Source: a virus. Taken from it: a stretch of DNA of 64,000 bases. The stretch spans positions 52,230 through 116,229 of IMG/VR virus record IMGVR_UViG_3300015371_000003, one strand, 5' to 3'. This document shows positions 15,936-25,395 of the stretch, piece after piece; position 1 is the first letter of the stretch, and each line of letters opens with the position of its first letter. Below the pieces are notes generated by a model. That model did not search any database. It saw only the letters and a program-made list of their open reading frames with translations, and was not told where the DNA came from. Position numbers and translations under genes: made by a program.

Positions 15936-16676
15936 ATGCCAACAAGACAGGTACTGATTCAGGGCATCATGACGTGGGATGAGCCGACACAGCCTCAGCC
16001 CCCGAGTGGTGCTCACCCGGAGCATCCGATCTTCTATCCACCGGGGATCTGGGGACCGACCGATCCTCGTCCTTCGAATCCGATTGCCAACGTTCCCGGT
16101 ATCAGCAATCCCAATCCTCCGGGGTGGGGTCAGCGACCGGAACATCCCATCGTGCTGCCTCCTCCGGGTGGTGGCGGTGGGACTCCTCCGGGGATCTGGG
16201 GGGGAGGCAATCAGCCGTTCCCCACGCCCCCGATTGCCAATGTGCCGGGGATCGACAATCCCAATCCTCCGGGCTGGCAACCGCCGGGGATCTGGGGTCC
16301 ACCGGGACCGTGGCCCACTCCGCCGATTGCGTTTCCGCCCGGATGGGTAGGAGGCGTACCACCCGGTGGGGGGACTCCGCCGTCCGGTGCTCATCCGGAG
16401 CATCCCATCGTGCTGCCGCCGAACGTGCCGCCATCAGGACCGGGAGGTCCGAGCGGAGGCGTTCCGACGCATCCCATCGGTGGGGTGCAAGGTCCAGCCG
16501 GGATGTTCGTGTGGTACTGGTCCCCGGCATGGGGGTGGTTCGCAGTGCCTGCGAGCGGGCCGATTCAGCCGCCGCAACAGCCACCGACGCAGCCTCCGAC
16601 CGAGCCGCCGTTACCGGGAGATATTCCGCATCCGGAGCATCCGATTGTGCTGCCGCCGGAAGCGGAGCCGAAGTAG
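15936..16676 (+). CDS. Pro/Gly/Trp-rich repeat protein
   Basis: GGAG RBS; PEHPI x4, PPGIWG x3, PIANVPGI.NPNPPGW x2. Confidence 0.75.
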   Translation: MPTRQVLIQGIMTWDEPTQPQPPSGAHPEHPIFYPPGIWGPTDPRPSNPIANVPGISNPNPPGWGQRPEHPIVLPPPGGGGGTPPGIWGGGNQPFPTPPIANVPGIDNPNPPGWQPPGIWGPPGPWPTPPIAFPPGWVGGVPPGGGTPPSGAHPEHPIVLPPNVPPSGPGGPSGGVPTHPIGGVQGPAGMFVWYWSPAWGWFAVPASGPIQPPQQPPTQPPTEPPLPGDIPHPEHPIVLPPEAEPK

Positions 16677-16690
16677 CAGGGGAGGGGCGT

Positions 16691-17287
16691 ATGCCGAAAC
16701 CAAAACACAAGGCACTCGTGATCAAGAACGAAGAAGCACAACTTGTGTTTGGGGAGGTGTACGCCCCGAACCGTCCCGACGCGCAAGGTGAGTACATGAC
16801 GGCCACGGACATTCAGAAGATGGCCCATGAATTCATCCGGTCAGGCAAGATGGGTCAGATTGATGTGATGCACGGGAACAAAGTGGTGACGGGCGCGAGT
16901 GTGGTTGAGTCCTTCGTGGCGGATGACACGGATTCCCGCTTCCTGCCCGGTTCGTGGGTGATCGGTGTCCACATTCCCGATCCTCAACTCTGGTCTGCCA
17001 TCAAGAAGGGTGAAATCAACGGCTTCAGCATGGAAGCCTTGGTGACACGCCATGAGATGGATGTGGAAGTCGAAATTCCTCCGGTGGTCACAGGCTTGAC
17101 CAGTAAGCATGACGATCATCAACACAAATTTTTCGTCGCCTACGACCAAAAAGGGGAATTCAAAGGCGGTGTGACGGATACGGTCAATGGGCATTTCCAT
17201 GCGATTGTCGCCGGGACACATACTCAGGATGCCGCAGGCCACCGTCACCGCTTTTCTAGCGTTGATAACGTGCGGATTCTAGGGTAG
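16691..17287 (+). CDS. Prohead protease, XkdF-like, with His-rich C-terminal tail
   Basis: GGAGG RBS at ATG 16691; VFGEVYAP..PDAQGE, IDVMH, VVESF, GSWVIGV, W..IKKGEINGFS.E. Confidence 0.88.
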   Translation: MPKPKHKALVIKNEEAQLVFGEVYAPNRPDAQGEYMTATDIQKMAHEFIRSGKMGQIDVMHGNKVVTGASVVESFVADDTDSRFLPGSWVIGVHIPDPQLWSAIKKGEINGFSMEALVTRHEMDVEVEIPPVVTGLTSKHDDHQHKFFVAYDQKGEFKGGVTDTVNGHFHAIVAGTHTQDAAGHRHRFSSVDNVRILG

Positions 17288-17297
17288 TCTTGCACAC

Positions 17298-18392
17298 ATG
17301 GCTACGATTCAAACCAAGCTGAAGCAGTTGCGAAACGCGGATGTCCGGTTTATTTCGCTGGTGGATCGTGCCGCCACGCGCATTCCCTTCCGGGTGCTGA
17401 AGCGGAACAAGGAGAATTCGATGGGCATTGATTTGACGAGCGTGTTCAAGTCGGAGGCACAAGTACCGCCACACGTCTCGGCAGTGGTGGTCTTTGCCCA
17501 GAAGAATGAAGCCGCCGGGAAGCAGATCGCGGAGGCGATCAAGGCCCACGGCTTCATCACGGATCGGGTGCAGAAATCTGACGAGGGAGAAACGCTGGTG
17601 TTCTCCCAAGGCGATCAGCCGAAGGACACCGTGGTCGTGCGTCTGAGCGATCAGATGCTGGTGTCGGTAGCTGGTCTGGGCATCCCCGAAGGATGGGTGG
17701 GGGATCTGGTCGAGGAGCACGGTTTCTTCCCCGATCTGGCAATGGCGAATGCGGCGATGGAAGATCGGTTGCAGGAAGTCGTCACCAAGTCCGAAGCCCC
17801 GCAGCAGGACGCCCAAGCGGTGCTCACCAGCTATGCTCAGTACGTGAGCCAGATGGCGGTGTTGCCGACCGCCGTGTTCAAGCTGGATGAAGCCATCCGT
17901 GACATCGTGCAGAAGTGCGCGTGTCAGGAACCGGCGGAAAAAACCGACGATGCCTCGCCCACCAAGAAGATCGTGGAGAAGGCGGCAGGCACCACGGAAA
18001 CCGACGCGGAGAAAGCGAAGCGAGTCAAGAACCATCCGCCTGCGGAGATGGCTCCTCCGGACGAAGACGACGATCAGAAACCACCACCGGATGAAGTCAA
18101 CAAGTCCGACGAATCGGCTATTCTCACGGCGCTGAAGGGCATCGAAACGACCGTCTCCGGGTTGTCCGCCAAGCTGGAAACGGTTGTCACCGAGCAAGTC
18201 GCGCAGAAGAAAGTGCTTGACGACGTGGTGCAGAAATCCGACACTCTGGCAACTACGTTGAAGTCCACCGTGACGGCTCCCCCGCTCGCAGGGGATCATC
18301 CGGCGGGCCTTCCCCGGATGCGGGTGGAGAAGCAGGACACGGATCCCCGCACGGGCAATTTCGACACGGCGTTTCTCCGGAGACGGCGCTAG
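17298..18392 (+). CDS. Capsid scaffold protein
   Basis: Between protease and capsid; FISLVDRAA N-terminal motif; many V-x-K-[SA] repeats; coiled coil. Confidence 0.75.
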   Translation: MATIQTKLKQLRNADVRFISLVDRAATRIPFRVLKRNKENSMGIDLTSVFKSEAQVPPHVSAVVVFAQKNEAAGKQIAEAIKAHGFITDRVQKSDEGETLVFSQGDQPKDTVVVRLSDQMLVSVAGLGIPEGWVGDLVEEHGFFPDLAMANAAMEDRLQEVVTKSEAPQQDAQAVLTSYAQYVSQMAVLPTAVFKLDEAIRDIVQKCACQEPAEKTDDASPTKKIVEKAAGTTETDAEKAKRVKNHPPAEMAPPDEDDDQKPPPDEVNKSDESAILTALKGIETTVSGLSAKLETVVTEQVAQKKVLDDVVQKSDTLATTLKSTVTAPPLAGDHPAGLPRMRVEKQDTDPRTGNFDTAFLRRRR

Positions 18393-18432
18393 ATCACGGT
18401 TCACCGGCAGTTCTTTTTGGTAAGGAGCAGAC

Positions 18433-19377
18433 ATGACGAATCAGGAAGTGATCATCCAGAAAGCTGATCTGGCGCTGAGTGATCTGGCGACCGCCGGGAA
18501 GCTGAATCCCGAGCAGACCGACCGGTTCATTCGGACGCTGATCGATCAGCCGACGTTGCTCGCCTCTGTCCGCACGGTGGCGATGGGCGCTCCGCAGATG
18601 AAGATCAACAAGATCGGATTCGGGAGCCGCATTCTGCACCCGGCAGTCAGCGCCACCCCGCTGCCTGACAACCTCCGCTCGAAACCCGATCTGGGTCAGG
18701 TCCAACTCGAAACCGCCGAAGTCATCGCGGAAGTTCACATTCCGTACGATGTCATCGAGGACAACATCGAGAAGGGCAACGTCAACGTGCCGATGCAAAC
18801 CGGCGCGGGCGGATTGCATCAGACCATCGTGGACCTGATGGCGGAACGGGCGGCTCTCGATCTGGAGGAACTTGCCATTCAGGGCGATACCACCAACGTG
18901 GGGGATCCCTATCTGGCCCTTCAGGACGGGTACCTGAAGATGGCGACGGCGAACGTCGTCAACGTCGGGGGCGCGTTCGACAAGACGGCGGTCAAACAGG
19001 CGCTCAAGACGATGCCCACCCGGTACCTCCGGAACCGGAGTGCCATGTCGCACTTCGTCTCCGTGGACAACGAGACGGAAATCCGTGACCAGTACGGCGC
19101 ACGGCAGACGGCACTCGGGGATCAGCAGTTGCAGGGGCTGCTGCCCGTTTACATCTACGGTTCGAAGGTCGTGCCGGTTGCCATGATGTTGGGCACCAGC
19201 GGGCTGTTCACCGATCCGATGAACCTGATCTTCGGGATCCAGCGCAACATCATGATCGAGTACGACAAGGACATCCGGGCGCGGGTGTTCATCATCGTGC
19301 TGACGGCCCGCATCGACTTCGCCATCGAAGAAGCGAACGCCGTCGTCAAGTACACCGGCATCACCGGAAGCCGGTAG
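18433..19377 (+). CDS. Major capsid protein (HK97 fold, XkdG-like)
   Basis: 314 aa; AAGGAG RBS; G.LNPEQ..RFI, EDNIE, DLEEL.IQGD, N.IFGIQR.I.IE; strong codon bias. Confidence 0.92.
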   Translation: MTNQEVIIQKADLALSDLATAGKLNPEQTDRFIRTLIDQPTLLASVRTVAMGAPQMKINKIGFGSRILHPAVSATPLPDNLRSKPDLGQVQLETAEVIAEVHIPYDVIEDNIEKGNVNVPMQTGAGGLHQTIVDLMAERAALDLEELAIQGDTTNVGDPYLALQDGYLKMATANVVNVGGAFDKTAVKQALKTMPTRYLRNRSAMSHFVSVDNETEIRDQYGARQTALGDQQLQGLLPVYIYGSKVVPVAMMLGTSGLFTDPMNLIFGIQRNIMIEYDKDIRARVFIIVLTARIDFAIEEANAVVKYTGITGSR

Positions 19378-19441
19378 GCACTCTCCTTGCTTTGGTTCAG
19401 GCCGGTTTTATTGGTGGAGTAGGAACGACAAGGAGGATGCG

Positions 19442-19954
19442 TTGACTGACAAGCATGACAAGACGCCGTTGGAGTCCAAGTTGGGGCAGAAAACGGAAAT
19501 CGTCGGTGGGAAGCCGATGACCCCGGAGGAAGCCCAACAGAACGTCAAGCAAGTCGAGGCGGAGCAGGCCAAGCTGTCCGATCCGGGCGAACGCAACGTT
19601 CCGCCGGATGCCAAGGTAAACCAGCCGCCGCAGCCGTCTCACCCCGAAACCATCCGTTCCGCGAAGGAGACGGAGAAGGAAAGCGGCGAGTCCAAGGCCA
19701 AGCGCGTGGACACCGCTGACGTAGATCCTGCCGGGGAGAAAGCTCCCGCCGGGTGGGGCAAGAAGCCGACCGTCTACGTCATGACCAACGTGGACGGCGA
19801 GAAGATGAACGTGACGGTCAAGCAGTGGGCCAAGCACGGACAGCTTCTCCGCGCCAAGGGCTGGACCACGCCGGAATTCGCGGAAGGCGATCAGGGGGGC
19901 AGCGAGCCGATCCCCGGCGATGTCGTGTGGGGCAAGGACAAGCCCGAGGAGTAA
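19442..19954 (+). CDS. Hypothetical, probably head-associated protein
   Basis: AGGAGG RBS with TTG start; codon bias like the capsid gene. Confidence 0.7.
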   Translation: MTDKHDKTPLESKLGQKTEIVGGKPMTPEEAQQNVKQVEAEQAKLSDPGERNVPPDAKVNQPPQPSHPETIRSAKETEKESGESKAKRVDTADVDPAGEKAPAGWGKKPTVYVMTNVDGEKMNVTVKQWAKHGQLLRAKGWTTPEFAEGDQGGSEPIPGDVVWGKDKPEE

Positions 19955-19978
19955 GTCATTCTCGGTCCTACCGGATGA

Positions 19979-20007
19979 GGGAGGCGAGTACGTGGCCTCC
20001 CTTTTTT
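19979..20007 (+). terminator. Rho-independent terminator after the capsid operon
   Basis: GGGAGGC-9 nt-GCCTCCC followed by TTTTTT. Confidence 0.85.
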
Positions 20008-20066
20008 GTTGCACTTGATTGCACCACAAAGTGTGGTAAGCTGTGGCTCCATCCAAAGGAGTGCTG

Positions 20067-20372
20067 ATGCCACAATTTCCGCGCCCGATCAAGTTTCAGA
20101 CGCCTGCCATGCGTGTTGCACAGCCGGTAGATTATCTCGGAAACGGCACTATCGTCCGCTCCACCTACAAGGAAGGCGAATTCAGCATTCAGGGTCCGGA
20201 CGGACAGTGGCTGTCTCCCTGTCAGGAAGGCAACCCGATGAACGACCAGTGGGCGGGAGCCGTGCTGGATCAGGAGTCGTTCGCCCCGGATCCGAATCTT
20301 CCCAACGTTCTTATCATTGACCGCAGTCGGTTCGAAGGGGGCAAGTCCTACACACTGGTGATCTTCGGATGA
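20067..20372 (+). CDS. Hypothetical protein
   Basis: AAGGAG RBS; ATGA overlap with next gene. Confidence 0.65.
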   Translation: MPQFPRPIKFQTPAMRVAQPVDYLGNGTIVRSTYKEGEFSIQGPDGQWLSPCQEGNPMNDQWAGAVLDQESFAPDPNLPNVLIIDRSRFEGGKSYTLVIFG

Positions 20373-21460
20373 CTCCCGCGATTGATGTCACCCGTGGCGT
20401 CGGCAGTCTGATAGGCGCACCCTCTGGCGGAGGCGGTGGACGGCATCCTATCCCCACGCCAGTACAGCGGGAGCCGCTGCCCCCGTTTGATCCGAATACC
20501 ACCGACAAGGAAACCGGTTCTCCCCTGCCGGTGTACACAACACTTCCCAGACCGTTCCCCCCGTTGGATGATCCCAATTACATGCGAGCCGATTTATGGA
20601 GTCTCACGATTCCCGGCTTGCCACCGATTCCCGGTGGGGCGGGTGGGCCTGCTCAGGAACGGGTGCTCACCTATTTGTGGGAACGCTACGGCATGGTGCC
20701 GGGGGACTGGCAACAGAAAATCCTGAAAGCCTACGGTGAAGCGGGCCTCCGGCTGTTCGTTCGTTCGTGGCCGGATGAACGGAGTGCCAGCGGGATTTCG
20801 GTGCAGCAGTACGTCGATGACACCAAGCGCATTCAGGATGCGGGCCTCGACAACGGGCACATGCTCCGCAGCAAGTACTACGACGGTCCGGACAATTACA
20901 CCACTTGCGATGAGGTGGTGGACGCGCTTGTCAAGATCAACGGGATTCAGTGGGCCGCACATGCGTGGGAAGCGAGTCTCTGGATGTCCCCGGAGCAGTA
21001 CCGCCGCATGATTGACCACGACGCGCTTCGGCATCCCGATATTCGTTGGTTGATTCACCTCCAAGAGCACTATGCTGACTTCGGCCCAGACGGAGCAGGT
21101 CACTCGAAGAAATTTTGGGAAGCCAATTTTGCCGTGGGCGTGCGTCATCTGGCGTATCAGCATGTGACCACGAGCGGTTCTCCGAATGACCCGTGGGCCG
21201 CAGGGATGATGGCGGCACGTCTCGAAGATGTACAGGTCCGTCGTGTGGCCGGAGGGCTGTGGGGGTTGTCGCAGTCGTTCGAAATAATTGATTTCGAACG
21301 GACGGCGCAGTTGCAATTCAACAACCAAAGGGACGGCGACGGCAACATCGCGGATGAACTGCACGGCAACTTGAAAGGCTATGAGAATTCGTGTCACCCC
21401 AAGGTGGTGATGGCTGGATACGGCAACGGCAATCGGAAGCCGGATGGGAGCTACGCATGA
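20369..21460 (+). CDS. Hypothetical protein, Pro-rich N-terminus and possibly glycoside-hydrolase-like domain
   Basis: 363 aa coupled ORF; aromatic-rich alpha/beta pattern; fold is a guess. Confidence 0.6.
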   Translation: MTPAIDVTRGVGSLIGAPSGGGGGRHPIPTPVQREPLPPFDPNTTDKETGSPLPVYTTLPRPFPPLDDPNYMRADLWSLTIPGLPPIPGGAGGPAQERVLTYLWERYGMVPGDWQQKILKAYGEAGLRLFVRSWPDERSASGISVQQYVDDTKRIQDAGLDNGHMLRSKYYDGPDNYTTCDEVVDALVKINGIQWAAHAWEASLWMSPEQYRRMIDHDALRHPDIRWLIHLQEHYADFGPDGAGHSKKFWEANFAVGVRHLAYQHVTTSGSPNDPWAAGMMAARLEDVQVRRVAGGLWGLSQSFEIIDFERTAQLQFNNQRDGDGNIADELHGNLKGYENSCHPKVVMAGYGNGNRKPDGSYA

Positions 21461-21672
21461 CACCGAAGCCACCGCCTGCGGTTCTCGAACGTGTGGAAGA
21501 AGCCCTCCGGAATCTCAAGGGCACGCGCAACGAGCAAGAGGAGCAGGAAGCTGTCTCCCGAGCCGTGAGCGTCCCGTTGGTTGCCGCCAAGTGGTTGATC
21601 GCCCACGTCCGGGGCGAGGAGAAAGTCGTTGCGGATCCGCAATACATTCCCGGTGGGAAGGGCGGATGTTGA
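21457..21672 (+). CDS. Hypothetical protein
   Basis: GGGAG RBS; ATGA overlap. Confidence 0.5.
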   Translation: MTPKPPPAVLERVEEALRNLKGTRNEQEEQEAVSRAVSVPLVAAKWLIAHVRGEEKVVADPQYIPGGKGGC

Positions 21673-21725
21673 ACTAGGTGTTGCACTTGCAGTAAACTCG
21701 CGTCAAAGGAGTAGCCTGTGACGTT

Positions 21726-22127
21726 ATGGCCTTGAAAACTTCGGACAAGCCCGCCGCCACGCCCGCCCAACCGCCGTTTACGCAGACGACGGTGTTGGAG
21801 TTGGCCCTGTACAAGTTGTATACGTGGCAGAACAACACGTATGAACAGGGCAAGCCCTATCGCTTTCGCAACGAGGATGCGATGTTGCTTCTCGGAGAAC
21901 AGGATCTGGGCCGTCAAGTTTGGAAGCTGTATCAGCCGCCCAAGAAGCGGGAAGCTCCCAAACATGAAATCGTGGACGCCACACGAGTGGTTGCCACGCG
22001 CCCGGTGGAAGATGTCGGCTTCGGCACGCTGAACAAAGCCTCAGGCCGCATTGAAGTGGGCACCGATGACGAGATTCAAGACATTCTGGAGCGGAACGAA
22101 GAAGGCGGTGGAGATGTGACGGTCTAG
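21726..22127 (+). CDS. Hypothetical (head-completion region) protein
   Basis: AAGGAG upstream; position before the adaptor gene. Confidence 0.65.
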   Translation: MALKTSDKPAATPAQPPFTQTTVLELALYKLYTWQNNTYEQGKPYRFRNEDAMLLLGEQDLGRQVWKLYQPPKKREAPKHEIVDATRVVATRPVEDVGFGTLNKASGRIEVGTDDEIQDILERNEEGGGDVTV

Positions 22128-22129
22128 TC

Positions 22130-22939
22130 ATGTCCCCCACCAAGATGCACATGCCGTTGTTCGTGGATCCGCAGGATGTGATTCTGCGGATGCAGTTGAG
22201 TCCTGACCTGACGGGCATCGAAGACGTGGTTACGTCAGGCATCATCGGAGCACAACTCCATGTGGAACGCATCATTGATGGACGCCTATCTCGACAAGCC
22301 CAAGACTGCCTATTCTTCATCGATGCGGAGTCCTTCTCTGGAATCGCTCCGGGCGGTGCTTACCGACTGGAAATCCCAAGCGGGCTGGTCCGACAGGATG
22401 TCCCCCAGAACGTATCATCCTCAACCGGGACGGTTAGTGGCCCCTTTACGGACTACGAAGCGGTTCAGACGAACCTGATGAAGTTTGATTACAACCGAGG
22501 CTACTTGTACCTCGACACGCAGTATGCGAATAACCACATTCGCGTGACGTGTGAAACGGGGTACGAGGACGGCACCCGCCCGCTCCCGCCCACGGGGTTG
22601 CCGGATTTCGATGACACGGTGCAATATCAAGTTGGGGACCGAGTGGCGTATCTTGAAGCTGCCTTTGAATGTACGGCGGCTCCGCCCGTTGGTACGGTCC
22701 CCACCACCGCCGCGTATTGGAAGCGAGCACTCGTCCCGCAGGAACCGCTACCGGATGCCATCTACGAAGCGATCATGTCGCTGGTGCCGATGGTGTTCAA
22801 CGCGAATCAAACGACCAACCGGAGCGACGAAGCCAAGAACCAGTACCAGACGTTGACGGATCACGCCAACCTGTTGCTGCAACCGTGGGTGCGGACCAAA
22901 GGGTTTACGTTCCGCACGGTGTTTGGACATACGGGATGA
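22130..22939 (+). CDS. Head-tail adaptor with inserted CBM5/12-like module
   Basis: Position; V.C.TGY...LPDAIYEA adaptor pattern interrupted by YQVGDRVAY....EC......P....YW. Confidence 0.7.
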   Translation: MSPTKMHMPLFVDPQDVILRMQLSPDLTGIEDVVTSGIIGAQLHVERIIDGRLSRQAQDCLFFIDAESFSGIAPGGAYRLEIPSGLVRQDVPQNVSSSTGTVSGPFTDYEAVQTNLMKFDYNRGYLYLDTQYANNHIRVTCETGYEDGTRPLPPTGLPDFDDTVQYQVGDRVAYLEAAFECTAAPPVGTVPTTAAYWKRALVPQEPLPDAIYEAIMSLVPMVFNANQTTNRSDEAKNQYQTLTDHANLLLQPWVRTKGFTFRTVFGHTG

Positions 22940-23400
22940 GACTCCTCAGCGTCACCGTCCAAGGGCAACCCGGCTTGGTAAAAGCCATGCAGGGGATGGC
23001 CGATGCCCTCGATACGGTGAAGATTCTGGACGAAGGGGCAGCGGTCATCTACAACCGCATGCGCTCCCGGTTTCTGGTGGAGACGGATCCGTTGGGGAAC
23101 AAGTGGCCCCCGAGTCAAGCGGCTCTCAGGCGAGCACGGTCAGGACGGGGTGGTGGGACGCTGTTCGACAGCGGGAAGCTGTTTCGCAGCATTCAGTTGT
23201 ATGCGGACAGCCCAACTACCCGAGCGATTGGGACCAACGTTACGTCTCCACAAGGCTACTTCTATCCCTATCAGCATCAATATGGGATTGGCTTCCCACA
23301 GCGGCAATTCTTGGGCTTCGCCCCTGAGGACATGGACGTGATGTCCAAAGTCATCATCAACCGTGTCGTGAGGGGATTGAAGCAGGGGATGACGCCGTGA
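22936..23400 (+). CDS. Virion morphogenesis / tail completion protein (Mu gpG-like)
   Basis: RF..ETDP.G.KW.P, TLFDSG.L..SI, IGTN, HQYG, P.RQFLGF. Confidence 0.85.
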   Translation: MRLLSVTVQGQPGLVKAMQGMADALDTVKILDEGAAVIYNRMRSRFLVETDPLGNKWPPSQAALRRARSGRGGGTLFDSGKLFRSIQLYADSPTTRAIGTNVTSPQGYFYPYQHQYGIGFPQRQFLGFAPEDMDVMSKVIINRVVRGLKQGMTP

Positions 23401-23891
23401 GTAAGTTGAACGAAGTCTTGGATGAAGCCAAGCAGCGGTTGCTGCAATTGAATGCACCACCCGTGACCCTCACCGGCAAGGTGGTCGTGGCCTACGATGA
23501 GAACGATTTGCTGGATGTGCTGAAGGGCGTCCGGTCGTTTCCTGCGGTGGGTATCGTCTACGAAGGCATGCGCTCCATGTCGGAGGAGCCGAATCCTACG
23601 GCGAAGGTTGGGCTGTCGTGTGAAATCGTGTTGGGCTTTGTGCTGGTGGAACGGGGTGATGAAATTCACGCCACCGACCAGAAGAAAACCCGAGCGATTG
23701 ATTACTTGGATGCGATGCGCCTGCAATTCATCGGGCAGCGCAGTACTGTCTCGAAACACTATTGGCACTTCATGGTAGAGGCTCCTGCCGCGCTTCGATC
23801 CGGAGCCGTCTGTTGGGTACAGCGATGGTCCTTGCCAGTGCAACTGCCTCACTTGCCCCCGAACGGCCAGCAACACCCGTTCTGCCCGTAG
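23397..23891 (+). CDS. Tail terminator-like protein
   Basis: Position and size; PAVGIVYEG motif. Confidence 0.65.
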   Translation: MSKLNEVLDEAKQRLLQLNAPPVTLTGKVVVAYDENDLLDVLKGVRSFPAVGIVYEGMRSMSEEPNPTAKVGLSCEIVLGFVLVERGDEIHATDQKKTRAIDYLDAMRLQFIGQRSTVSKHYWHFMVEAPAALRSGAVCWVQRWSLPVQLPHLPPNGQQHPFCP

Positions 23892-24559
23892 TCTCGTGCA
23901 TTCTGCCGACGAAGGACCGAGCGGCGTACATCCCACACGCCATCCGTAGCTATCAGTCGCAAACCTACCCCGCCAAAGAACTGATCGTCGTGGATAATGG
24001 GACCGATGCGACGGAGGCGCTGATTCCGCCGGATCCATCGATTCGGTATACCAAGGTGACGGGCACGCTGTCCACCGGAGAAATGCGGAATCTCTGTGTG
24101 AAACAGGCGCAGGGAAAGTTTATCTGTCATTTTGATTCGGATGATTGGAGTGCGCCGGAACGGGTGGCCGATCAAATTACGCGCCTTGGAGTGTTTGGGG
24201 TCGTGACCGGGTACGACTCCATGTTATTTTATGATGAGCGGGATGGGCAGTGCTACCAGTGGTCGTATCCGGCCCCCATCCGTTTTGCCTTGGGTACGTC
24301 GTTGTGCTACCGGAAGGCATGGTGGGATCACCATCCGTTTCATGCGTTGCGGGTGGGGGAGGATGTGCGGTTTTTTATGCAGGCCATCCGCGAAGCCAAT
24401 CGACTGGTTCTGACGGCTCCCGCCAATCACCTGATGGTGGCGCGAGTCCACAATCAGCAGACGAGTCGCAAGACGTTGAATCGCACCAGTTACAAACCCG
24501 TCCCTCCGGTGCATCTCCCCCCGTTGTACCCATGCGATTTAACCTCATCTCCAATCTGA
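23825..24559 (+). CDS. Glycosyltransferase family 2 (start uncertain)
   Basis: VSCILPT, SYQSQTY, ELIVVDNG, RN, FDSDD, GED. Confidence 0.9.
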   Translation: MVLASATASLAPERPATPVLPVVSCILPTKDRAAYIPHAIRSYQSQTYPAKELIVVDNGTDATEALIPPDPSIRYTKVTGTLSTGEMRNLCVKQAQGKFICHFDSDDWSAPERVADQITRLGVFGVVTGYDSMLFYDERDGQCYQWSYPAPIRFALGTSLCYRKAWWDHHPFHALRVGEDVRFFMQAIREANRLVLTAPANHLMVARVHNQQTSRKTLNRTSYKPVPPVHLPPLYPCDLTSSPI

Positions 24560-25395
24560 CCAACGGGTGCGGGCTGCAACAGGATTACCTGTTGCTGAAG
24601 TCGGCCTTGGAAGCCCGTGGGCATTCGGCGTATGGCATTCAGTTCAATCACAAGCCCTTGCTGGTGAAGCCTGCGGATGTCAATATTTTCTTGGAAGTGG
24701 TGGTGCCTCAGGTGTTTACGGCGGCTCCGAAACAATGGGCCATTCCCAATCCCGAATGGTGGTTTGCCGGGTGGGATGCGAGTCCGTGGGATCGGGTGTT
24801 CGCCAAGACGCACGATTGCGAACGGATTTTTCGGGAGAAGGTTGGGAACCGGTGTGAATATCTGGGGTGGATGGCCCGTGACCTCTACCACGAGGGGATT
24901 CAGCGGGAACGGAAGTTTTTGCATGTGGCCGGGAAATCCCGGTTCAAGAATACTGCGGCAGTGGTGACAGGATGCCGCATGGCGGGTGTGCCGTTGACGG
25001 TCGTAAGTGCCTTTCCTCCCTACACCCGAGTCTCCGATTATACGCTTATCCAATTGATGAATTCTCATTTCTGCCACGTCATGCCTTCGGCCTACGAAGG
25101 GTATGGGCACGTGTTGCATGAGGCGTTGGGGACCGGTCAGATTGTCATTACGACCAATGCCCCACCGATGAATGAAATTACGCCCGCGATCTACGTGCCG
25201 AGTGTGGCGACGACGGCGCATCATTCCGGGTGGTTGCACCGGGTGGACGCTCAAGCTGTCGCCAAGGCGGTGCAGGAAGTTTCGGCGTACTCCGATGACG
25301 AGGTGAAGCAGCAACAGCGTCAGGCCCGAGCGTCGTTTCAGCAGAGTCAACAGGCGTTTGAATACGCCTTGGATCACGTGGTGGGACACGCATGA
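24532..25395 (+). CDS. GT-B (GT4-like) glycosyltransferase
   Basis: FLHVAGKS..KNT, PS.YEGYGH.LHEA...G..VITTNAPPMNE. Confidence 0.85.
   Translation: MRFNLISNLTNGCGLQQDYLLLKSALEARGHSAYGIQFNHKPLLVKPADVNIFLEVVVPQVFTAAPKQWAIPNPEWWFAGWDASPWDRVFAKTHDCERIFREKVGNRCEYLGWMARDLYHEGIQRERKFLHVAGKSRFKNTAAVVTGCRMAGVPLTVVSAFPPYTRVSDYTLIQLMNSHFCHVMPSAYEGYGHVLHEALGTGQIVITTNAPPMNEITPAIYVPSVATTAHHSGWLHRVDAQAVAKAVQEVSAYSDDEVKQQQRQARASFQQSQQAFEYALDHVVGHA

Noticed and set aside
16124-16690. 387-aa version of the protease ORF starting at 16124
   Set aside because: The extension overlaps the Pro-rich gene in another frame; the RBS and protease motifs start at ATG 16691.
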